From the NCBI GenBank assembly GCA_964346695.1, contig CAYFVK010000005.1:7155-39154 (forward strand): a stretch of 32,000 nucleotides of DNA, written 5' to 3'. Under the pieces are notes generated by a model, which saw only the letters and a list, made by a program, of their open reading frames with translations, had not been told where the DNA came from and did not search any database. Positions 1 through 6,880 of the stretch are shown here, one piece after another; position 1 is the first letter of the stretch; every line of letters begins with the position of its first letter. The DNA comes from an uncultured Mageeibacillus sp. Lineage in GTDB: Bacteria; Bacillota; Clostridia; Saccharofermentanales; DTU023. The translations under genes were made by a program, and so were the position numbers.

Positions 1-1209
1 GATGTTTTAGTCGAACGTGGATATTTTGCTCAGGCAACTCATCCTGATGAAATTCGGGAGTATTTGGCAAAACCCGGAGCGATTTTTTATATCGGTTTTG
101 ATCCGACCGCAGACAGCCTGCATATCGGTCATTTAACTCAGATGATGGTCATGGCTCTGATGCAGAAGGCGGGGCATATACCGATTGCGCTGATGGGCGG
201 CGGTACAGGCTGGATCGGCGATCCGTCAGGACGTTCCGATATGCGCCGGCTGATGACTGCGGAAACGATCAATCACAATGTCGAGAAATTCAAAGAACAA
301 ATGTCCCGTTTGATCGACTTTTCCGACGGAAAAGCCATTATGGCGAATAATGCCGACTGGCTGCTCAATATCAACTATGTTGAATTTTTGCGAGAGATCG
401 GCGTTCATTTTACCGTTAATAAAATGCTGGCTACCGATATTTATAAAAATCGTCTGGAAGATGGTTTGACTTATTTTGAATTCAGCTATATGCTCCTGCA
501 AAGTTATGACTTTTTAGAATTATATCGCCGCTATGGCTGCCGTCTGCAAATGGGCGGTCAGGATCAATGGGCTAATATCATCGGCGGTGTCGAACTCATT
601 CGCAGAACGGAACAAGCGGAAAGTTTCGGCATGACCTTCAAATTGCTCGAAACAGCTTCGGGACAAAAGATGGGCAAAACAGCAAAAGGAGCGCTCTGGC
701 TGGACGCGGATAAGTTAAGTCCTTTTGAATTTTATCAATATTTCCGCAATCTGGAAGACGCTTCGGTGATCAAAACAATGAAGACTTTGACTTTTCTGCC
801 TTTGGAAGAAATCGCGCGCTATGAGAAGCTGGAGGGTCAGGAAATAAATAAAGCGAAAGAAGTTTTGGCCTTCGAAGTAACCAAAATCGTGCATGGCGAA
901 GCTGCCGCTAAGGCCGCCGCCGAACAGGCGAAACAATTGTTTTCCGGCAGCGGACGTTCCGATGATCTGCCAACCACGGAATTAACGCGGGATATCGCCT
1001 TTCAAACTCCCCTGCTCGATCTCTTGGCAGAAGAGAAAATCGTACCCTCAAAAAGTGAAGGCAGACGTCTCATGAAACAGGGCGGAATCTATCTCAATGA
1101 CGCAGTCGTGAATGATCCGGATTATGCGCTGAGTGAAAGCGATTTTTCGGAAAATGAAGCGATCCTGCGCCGCGGCAAGAAAAAATTCTTCCGTTTCGTA
1201 TTGAAATAG
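1..1209 (+). CDS. tyrS: Tyrosine--tRNA ligase (5' end lies outside the window)
   Basis: Frame 1 is open from base 1 (DVLVERGYFAQATHPDEIREY precedes the listed Met), so the gene is truncated by the window edge. Class I HIGH motif (SLHIGHL), KMSKS-type loop (KMGKT) and a C-terminal S4-like domain (EGRRLMKQGGIYLND). Confidence 0.95.
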   Translation, partial: DVLVERGYFAQATHPDEIREYLAKPGAIFYIGFDPTADSLHIGHLTQMMVMALMQKAGHIPIALMGGGTGWIGDPSGRSDMRRLMTAETINHNVEKFKEQMSRLIDFSDGKAIMANNADWLLNINYVEFLREIGVHFTVNKMLATDIYKNRLEDGLTYFEFSYMLLQSYDFLELYRRYGCRLQMGGQDQWANIIGGVELIRRTEQAESFGMTFKLLETASGQKMGKTAKGALWLDADKLSPFEFYQYFRNLEDASVIKTMKTLTFLPLEEIARYEKLEGQEINKAKEVLAFEVTKIVHGEAAAKAAAEQAKQLFSGSGRSDDLPTTELTRDIAFQTPLLDLLAEEKIVPSKSEGRRLMKQGGIYLNDAVVNDPDYALSESDFSENEAILRRGKKKFFRFVLK

Positions 1210-1242
1210 TAAAACAGATAGCATTAACCCTTTGGATAATCC

Positions 1243-1283
1243 AAAAGAGCAGTTTCGGAATATTCTAAAACTGCCCTTTTTTT
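1243..1283. terminator. Rho-independent terminator between convergent tyrS and the ImmA-like ORF, likely bidirectional
   Basis: Stem GCAGTTT (1249-1255) pairs with AAACTGC (1268-1274), with inner GAATATTC pairing. T7 run at 1277-1283 on +; A4 run at 1243-1246 gives a T run on -. Sits 34 nt after the tyrS stop and 4 nt before the minus-strand ORF stop. Confidence 0.65.
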
Positions 1284-1286
1284 ATT

Positions 1287-1595
1287 CTATTTCGAGAAAT
1301 TATATTGCACTTTAAGCTTATTCAAGGTTAAAAACTCTTCTTTGTAACCAAAATCATTTTGTAAACGACCTGCAACAATACCCGGATGAACTCCCTCATT
1401 TCCCGCAAAATCTTTCACAGCAGGTATGGAAAAATTACTGTTTGACAGAAAATTTCGATAGTCATCCGGGTTGATTAAGAAATCGCTTGCGAATTGATCA
1501 GCCTGGCCTTCACGCAGCTGATATTCTTTTTCACTTAACTCTAATGAAAAATCTCTCTTGAGAATATGCCCTATTGCATAAAAAAAGAGAACCAA
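1287..1595 (-). pseudogene. ImmA/IrrE (peptidase M78)-like fragment, N-terminally truncated with degenerate zinc motif
   Basis: Contains the family's third-ligand motif E-x-x-A-x-x-F-A (REGQADQFASDFLINP) about 20 aa after the position of HEXXH, but HEXXH reads YAIGH. Only a TTG start with no SD. Overlaps the upstream HTH ORF by 25 nt in a different frame inside T-rich homopolymer tracts. Confidence 0.5.
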
Positions 1596-1819
1596 AAAAT
1601 ATAAGACAGATCAACGCTTGTCCCCAACATTTTAGAAAGTTTATTCGCAATGTCGATACTGATATTAGCTTCTCCATTAACCAGTTTACCGATTGTTTCA
1701 GGTGTTGTTCCTAATCTGTTTGCGAATTCTTCTTGGATTATATTCAAATCTTCAATTTCTTTCTTAATATAAACACCGGGGTGAAAAGCTATTAACTCTT
1801 CATAACTTTTAGTCACCAT
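1571..1819 (-). CDS. HigA-family / XRE-type helix-turn-helix protein (ImmR-like repressor or orphan antitoxin)
   Basis: FHPGVYIKKEIEDLNIIQEEFANRLGTTPETIGKLVNGEANISIDIANKLSKMLGTS matches the HigA/VapI HTH pattern (HPGE..L.E......S...LA..LGV....I..I.NG...I....A..L....G.S). Start moved to the ATG at 1819 (MVTKSY), 8 nt after GAGGGGAG; the listed start at 1837 is a GTG. Confidence 0.75.
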   Translation of the reverse strand: MVTKSYEELIAFHPGVYIKKEIEDLNIIQEEFANRLGTTPETIGKLVNGEANISIDIANKLSKMLGTSVDLSYIFWFSFFMQ

Positions 1820-1844
1820 TATGATTGCTCCCCTCACATATTTA

Positions 1845-1867
1845 TAAATTACCTTTTTGGTAATTTA
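1845..1867 (-). promoter_or_regulatory. Candidate operator: 9-bp perfect inverted repeat TAAATTACC-N5-GGTAATTTA upstream of the HTH gene
   Basis: Read directly from the sequence. Lies 26-48 nt upstream of the ATG at 1819 in an AT-rich promoter-like region. XRE/ImmR-type repressors are typically autoregulatory. Confidence 0.35.
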
Positions 1868-1920
1868 CCTTTATCAGTTATAAATATAAAATTCAAGCAT
1901 GAAATAATAAAAAATGAAGA

Positions 1921-1967
1921 CAAAAAATTCCGAAAGTCTAATGTTTTGTAAGTAAGACTTTCGGAAT
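1921..1967 (-). terminator. Rho-independent terminator of pheST
   Basis: Perfect 13-bp stem ATTCCGAAAGTCT (1927-1939) / AGACTTTCGGAAT (1955-1967) with a 15-nt loop. On the minus strand it is followed by TTTTTT (plus-strand A run 1922-1926). About 107 nt downstream of the pheT stop. Confidence 0.8.
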
Positions 1968-2073
1968 CCACAATGATAAATTTAATTCTTTCATCGTTAT
2001 TAGCGGTTTGCAAACCTGTTTACTCAATAGTAACTAATAATCAATTACTTAAATTTTGATCAATTTTCCTTTT

Positions 2074-4527
2074 CTATGAACGCAGTTCAATTCCTTTCTT
2101 TCTCATGGCGACGATAATTTTTTCAATAATCGGGTTTACATCCTGATCACTCAATGTTCTCTCCGGCGAGCGGAAAACGAGCGAGAAGGCGACTGATTTT
2201 TTACCTTCCTCAACTCCCTTGCCCTGATACACGTCAAACAGACGAATGTTGACCAGCAAATCTCCGGCTAAGAGTGTGATCGCTCTTTCAATGTCGCCGA
2301 CCAGAACTGATTGTTCCATGACAAATGCCAAATCTCTTGATGATGAAGGAAATTTCGGCAGCGGCTGAAAGCTGACGGCTTTGCGCTTCGCGCCCAATAA
2401 CAGATAAAGATCAAGATCCGCCACAAAAACTGTATCGGTGACAGCGAAATTCTGCTTTAGGGACGGATGAATGCTGCCCAGATATCCGATCGGATAATCA
2501 TAATCGGGCAGATAAACCAAGGCGGATTGGCCCGGATGCAGATAAGGATAATGTTCATCTGTTCTCGTCAAATGATAATCTTCAATGCCGAGCTCCCTGA
2601 ATAACTCCTCCATAATTCCCTTAACTTCAAAAAATCCCTCGGCGGATTCCTTTTTATTTGCCGTAAATAAAGCAAGCGTCAAGTGTTGTCTTTCATCAGG
2701 CAAAATCTGATCACGCTCCTGCGGTTCATCTGCTTTGATCCCCAGAGCGCCGCGCGGGTGATAAGTTTTTCCTATCTCATAAATCAATCCCTCTTGATTG
2801 CCGTGTGAAAGATTGTACTCAACAACCTGTAATAAGCTCGGCAAAACGGTGGTGCGCATTTTGGAATATTCCTCGCCGAGCGGATTGAGAATCGTCAATT
2901 CTTCTCTCAGGACATCATCTTCCGTCAGATTCAGCTTGTCGATCTGGCTTGGCGAAACAAACGTATAGGTAAAGGTTTCAAAAGCACCGCAGCCATTCAT
3001 AATTTTGTGAATTTTTTCCAAATCTTTTTGTCCGGGGCTTCTGCCGCCTAAGGTACGGGAATTATTTTTGCTGAATTTACCGGGGATTCGATTGTAGCCG
3101 TAGATTCTCGCTACTTCTTCCGCTAAATCCGCTTCTAATTGCAAATCCTGTCGAAAAGCCGGTATAACAGCTTCATAAAGATTGTCTTTGGCCTGAACCG
3201 AAACTTCCAAATCTTCTAAAATCTTGATAATTTCTTCCGCCGAAAGATTTAAACCGATTAATTTATTCAGGCGCCGATAATCGAACAAAATGCGATGAGG
3301 TTCAGGGAGAATGCCTCCGGAAACGATTTGAGTAGACGCAACTTTTCCGCAGTTTAACAGTTCGATTAAATAGCAGGCGTAATCGATGGCTCTTTGTGCG
3401 TTTTCGATCGGCAAACCCTTTTCAAAACGCAAAGAGGATTCTGAGCGTAAATTATATTTTTTGGCCGTACTTCTGACAGAATGGCAATCAAAATTAGCGG
3501 ATTCAAACAAAATACTCTTAGTGCTGTCCCTTACTTCCGAATTTAATGCGCCCATGACGCCGGCTAAGGCAACAGGCCCTTTTGTATCCGCGATGACCAG
3601 ATTTTCGGCATTCATAGTGATTTCCGTTTTATCTAAAAGCGTCATCCTCTCGCCTTCTTCAGCCCGGCGCACGATAATCGCGTGATCATTCAAGAAATCC
3701 AAATCATAGGCATGCATCGGCTGACCTAAACTGAGCATGACAAAGTTGGTAATATCGACAATATTGTTAATCGGACGCATTCCGGCGGCACGCAGACGTT
3801 TTTGCATCCAGATCGGTGATTGCTCAATCTTGATATCCGTCACAACCCGACCGATAAAGGTTGAACATAAATCGGACGCCTCATTAGTGACAGAAGCAAT
3901 ATCCTCCGTTTTAAGTTCAGAGCAATGTTCGGGTTTTTTATCAATCGGTTTGAATGAATTGCCGAAAACAACGGCTGCTTCTCTCGCTAAACCCTCGACA
4001 GATAAACAATCCGGTCTGTTGGACGTTATCTCGAATTCGACGATTTCCTGTCCTATGCCGAGCACATCCAGAGCGTTGACGCCGACTTCCGTATCTTCCG
4101 GCAGCACATAAATCCCATCCGCTGCGGCGCCGGGAAAATCATGCACGCTGAAACCCAATTCATCAATGGAACAGATCATGCCGTCAGACTCAACGCCGCG
4201 CAGTTTGGCTTTTCCGATCTTGAAATCTTTGCCCAGAGAAGCGCCCGGTAATGCTACGATCACCTTTTGACCCGCTCTGACATTCGGCGCGCCGCAAACG
4301 ATCTGCTTCACTTCAGAGCCGACATCGACCCGGCAGACAGAGAGATGATCCGAATCGGGATGAGCCACACAATCTTCAATATAACCCGTAACGAGATGCG
4401 ATAAGTCGCGGCCCTCTATTTCAAAGGTCTCCACTTTCGAGCCCGCCATCGTCATGGCATCGACAAATTCTGTCAACGTTCCTTGATAATCTGTATAATC
4501 TTTTAACCACTCTAAAGAAATTTTCAT
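2074..4527 (-). CDS. pheT: Phenylalanine--tRNA ligase beta subunit
   Basis: About 817 aa. N-terminal tRNA-binding domain (MKISLEWLKDY..., CGAPNVRAGQKV), B3/4 and B5 domains, C-terminal FDX-ACB domain. Immediately downstream of pheS. The ATG at 4527 is preferred over the TTG at 4530 (GGGGTG 5 nt upstream). Confidence 0.95.
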   Translation of the reverse strand: MKISLEWLKDYTDYQGTLTEFVDAMTMAGSKVETFEIEGRDLSHLVTGYIEDCVAHPDSDHLSVCRVDVGSEVKQIVCGAPNVRAGQKVIVALPGASLGKDFKIGKAKLRGVESDGMICSIDELGFSVHDFPGAAADGIYVLPEDTEVGVNALDVLGIGQEIVEFEITSNRPDCLSVEGLAREAAVVFGNSFKPIDKKPEHCSELKTEDIASVTNEASDLCSTFIGRVVTDIKIEQSPIWMQKRLRAAGMRPINNIVDITNFVMLSLGQPMHAYDLDFLNDHAIIVRRAEEGERMTLLDKTEITMNAENLVIADTKGPVALAGVMGALNSEVRDSTKSILFESANFDCHSVRSTAKKYNLRSESSLRFEKGLPIENAQRAIDYACYLIELLNCGKVASTQIVSGGILPEPHRILFDYRRLNKLIGLNLSAEEIIKILEDLEVSVQAKDNLYEAVIPAFRQDLQLEADLAEEVARIYGYNRIPGKFSKNNSRTLGGRSPGQKDLEKIHKIMNGCGAFETFTYTFVSPSQIDKLNLTEDDVLREELTILNPLGEEYSKMRTTVLPSLLQVVEYNLSHGNQEGLIYEIGKTYHPRGALGIKADEPQERDQILPDERQHLTLALFTANKKESAEGFFEVKGIMEELFRELGIEDYHLTRTDEHYPYLHPGQSALVYLPDYDYPIGYLGSIHPSLKQNFAVTDTVFVADLDLYLLLGAKRKAVSFQPLPKFPSSSRDLAFVMEQSVLVGDIERAITLLAGDLLVNIRLFDVYQGKGVEEGKKSVAFSLVFRSPERTLSDQDVNPIIEKIIVAMRKKGIELRS

Positions 4528-4537
4528 CAAATCACCC

Positions 4538-5584
4538 CTACACCTTGAATTGTTCCAGGAAACGCAAATCGTTTTCGTAGAAAGAACGAATATCTTTAAT
4601 ATCGAATTTTGCCATGGTCACCCGTTCAATCCCGATTCCGAAGGCAAAGCCTGAATATTTTTTAGAGTCGATACCGCAGTTCTCAAGAACTTCCGGATGC
4701 ACCATACCGGCGCCTAAAATTTCGATAAAACCTTCACCGCGACAGGTCTTGCAATCAGGATCATGACCGCCGCAGGTCCAGCAGGAAATATCCACTTCAC
4801 AACTCGGTTCAGTAAACGGGAAGTGATGAGGACGCAATCTGATTCTGGTATCTTCGCCAAACAATTTTCTGGCAAATAATTCCAGCGAAGCCACCAAATC
4901 GGACATACTGATATTTTCATCTATCACGAGTCCCTCAATCTGATGAAACACAGGTGAATGTGTCGAATCGACCGCGTCGGAACGATAGACTCTTCCGGGA
5001 CAGACAATGTAAATCGGAGGCTTCTTTGCTTGCATAACCCGAATTTGTACCGGAGAAGTTTGAGAGCGCAGCAATATGCCCTTTTCATAGTCAAGATAAA
5101 ATGTATCCTGTTCATCCCTTGCCGGATGCCCTTTCGGCAGACGCAGCATCTCAAAATTATAATAATCCAGCTCAACTTCAGGGCCTTCTGCTATTTCATA
5201 GCCAAGGCCGATAAAAATATCACAGATTTCCTTTGACATCAACGCTAAAGGATGGCGCGATCCCTGCCTTCTCACTTTGCCCGGCAAAGTGATATCAATG
5301 GTTTCAGCCGCAATTTTCTTTTCTTCAGCCAGCAGAGCTAATTCCGCTCTTTTTTCTTCCAGCCCCGATTCAATCAACTGTCTTATTTTATTGGCAGCCT
5401 GACCGAGTTTCGGTCGATCTTCGCCGGAGAATGAACCCATTTGCTTCATGATGGCGGTCAAAGCGCCTTTTTTTCCAAGCAGCTTCACTCGCAGCTGATC
5501 CAGCTCCGCCTCGCCATAGACATTTACTAAATCAGACGTAAATTTTTCTTTAATCGCTTGCAGATCAGATAATAACTTTTCCAT
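4538..5584 (-). CDS. pheS: Phenylalanine--tRNA ligase alpha subunit
   Basis: Class II motifs (HPARDEQDTFY; FRSDAVDSTHSPVFHQIEG; GFAFGIGIERVTM), 348 aa. GGAGGG SD upstream of the ATG. Confidence 0.95.
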   Translation of the reverse strand: MEKLLSDLQAIKEKFTSDLVNVYGEAELDQLRVKLLGKKGALTAIMKQMGSFSGEDRPKLGQAANKIRQLIESGLEEKRAELALLAEEKKIAAETIDITLPGKVRRQGSRHPLALMSKEICDIFIGLGYEIAEGPEVELDYYNFEMLRLPKGHPARDEQDTFYLDYEKGILLRSQTSPVQIRVMQAKKPPIYIVCPGRVYRSDAVDSTHSPVFHQIEGLVIDENISMSDLVASLELFARKLFGEDTRIRLRPHHFPFTEPSCEVDISCWTCGGHDPDCKTCRGEGFIEILGAGMVHPEVLENCGIDSKKYSGFAFGIGIERVTMAKFDIKDIRSFYENDLRFLEQFKV

Positions 5585-5759
5585 AAGCCCTCCGAAATAT
5601 TAATTAACCATGTTATCATAACACACTATCGAAAAAGGCGAACCATTTTCCCGGAGATTTTTCGAATTGGCAATACAGTTCTCCCCCTCATTCGGCAAAT
5701 GTGGACATGAAATCAGAATGAATCAGGGAGCTTGATTTTTTCAAACATGGAAGAAGGCG

Positions 5760-6404
5760 CTAAATAAATTGTAAAATATAGGGATTGTAATGAAAGGCAT
5801 CTTTAATTTTAAACGGAGAACCGTGTCCCGGCAACACCGGTAAATCCGCTGGCAGATCGCGCATTATTTTAATCAGTCGCCTCAGCGACTCCCACATCGC
5901 CTCAGAACTGCCGCCCTTTAAATCTGTACGGCCGATACTATCCGCGAACAAAACATCTCCCGAAATCAGGGCAATCGGCTTTGCTTCCGCGGTCTCACGG
6001 ACCAAGATAACTGAAGAACCGGGAGAATGCCCCGGCAAATGATAGGCTAAAAAGGATAATTCCCGATCCGCCAAAAATTTTTCCTGATCGGAAAAATAAT
6101 GTTCGGGCTCCGAAAAAACAGTCGGTCTGCCGAACATGATCGAGCAATTCGCCTCCGTGTCTTTGAGCAGAGGAAACTCCGCTTTCGGAATATAAAATTC
6201 CGCCTGTGCGCGTTTACGCCAAACATCGGACTGCTGTATATGATCATAATGGAAATGCGTGGCGATGACAGCCGCCAGGTTCTTCGCGATTTGCGCGTCA
6301 AAATCGATAGAAGGATCAATCAGATAATCCTTCTCTCCGTGCACGATATAACAATTGGCATGCGTCCAATTTTCAGGGATATAGCTAACTTTTTCCGATC
6401 GCAT
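5760..6404 (-). CDS. MBL-fold metallo-hydrolase, YcbL/GloC-like (glyoxalase II-type)
   Basis: THFHYDH (HxHxDH), PGHSPGS, SGDVLFADSIGRTDL, PGHG. The length (214 aa) and motif order match the YcbL/YqgX subgroup. The start overlaps the stop of the upstream gene (TAATG). Confidence 0.85.
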   Translation of the reverse strand: MRSEKVSYIPENWTHANCYIVHGEKDYLIDPSIDFDAQIAKNLAAVIATHFHYDHIQQSDVWRKRAQAEFYIPKAEFPLLKDTEANCSIMFGRPTVFSEPEHYFSDQEKFLADRELSFLAYHLPGHSPGSSVILVRETAEAKPIALISGDVLFADSIGRTDLKGGSSEAMWESLRRLIKIMRDLPADLPVLPGHGSPFKIKDAFHYNPYILQFI

Positions 6405-6793
6405 TATTTTATCAATTCACGCCAGTCAAGGTCACCGCGGTCAATTGCCAGAACCAGTACTTCCGCCGTAGCAATATTCGTAGCGTAGGGAATACTCTGT
6501 GTATCACAGGCTTTCATCAGCGAATTCGGAGCGTCGTATGAACGCAGCAACGGATCCCTTAGATAAATGACCGCATCGATTTCATTATAATTGGCTTTGG
6601 ACGCCAACTGTTCAACCGAAGCTGAAATATCCGTTGCCAAGGTCTCAACCTTTAAGTCCGTATTCTCGCGAATGGAACGCGAAAGATTAAACAATGAGAT
6701 CAGGTGATGCTTGGCAAGTATCTGTTTATATGCAATACAAAAATTAATCAATAAATCATATTTTCTCGGATCTGCAATTAATATGATATTCAT
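6404..6793 (-). CDS. Methylglyoxal synthase-like (MGS fold) protein lacking the catalytic residues
   Basis: Collinear with MgsA over its whole length (ILIA..., IDAVIYLRDPL, SIPYATNIATAEVLV). However AHD reads ADP, ATGTTG reads SLFNLS, GGDQQ reads SASVEQ and PHEPD reads SYDAPN. Strong AGGAGG SD. Confidence 0.8.
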   Translation of the reverse strand: MNIILIADPRKYDLLINFCIAYKQILAKHHLISLFNLSRSIRENTDLKVETLATDISASVEQLASKANYNEIDAVIYLRDPLLRSYDAPNSLMKACDTQSIPYATNIATAEVLVLAIDRGDLDWRELIK

Positions 6794-6822
6794 TGTTTCC
6801 TCCTAAAGAATAATCTTATTTG

Positions 6823-6851
6823 ATTTTATACACTTTGGCTAAAAATTTCAA
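6823..6851 (-). promoter_or_regulatory. Candidate sigma-A promoter for the MGS-like/MBL genes (possibly also pheST)
   Basis: On the minus strand: TTGAAA (6851-6846), 17-nt spacer, TAAAAT (6828-6823), about 25 nt upstream of the AGGAGG SD. Confidence 0.35.
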
Positions 6852-6880
6852 TATTGCAAACGAATTATTTGTATTTTTTA

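Noticed and set aside
1252-1967. The 9-mer TTTCGGAAT occurs in both terminators flanking the HTH/ImmA islet (1252-1260 and 1959-1967). It could be read as att-like direct repeats.
   Set aside because: A shared 9-mer within about 700 nt is roughly what chance predicts. In both cases it is part of an independent hairpin stem, and no integrase is present.
1968-2073. An 18-codon micro-ORF (MKELNLSLWIPKVLLTKH) on the minus strand that runs into the pheT terminator hairpin, plus a perfect 12-bp palindrome GGTTTGCAAACC at 2005-2016.
   Set aside because: The micro-ORF has no SD and lies downstream of pheT rather than in a leader. The palindrome is single and has no obvious partner site. I cannot distinguish either from chance.
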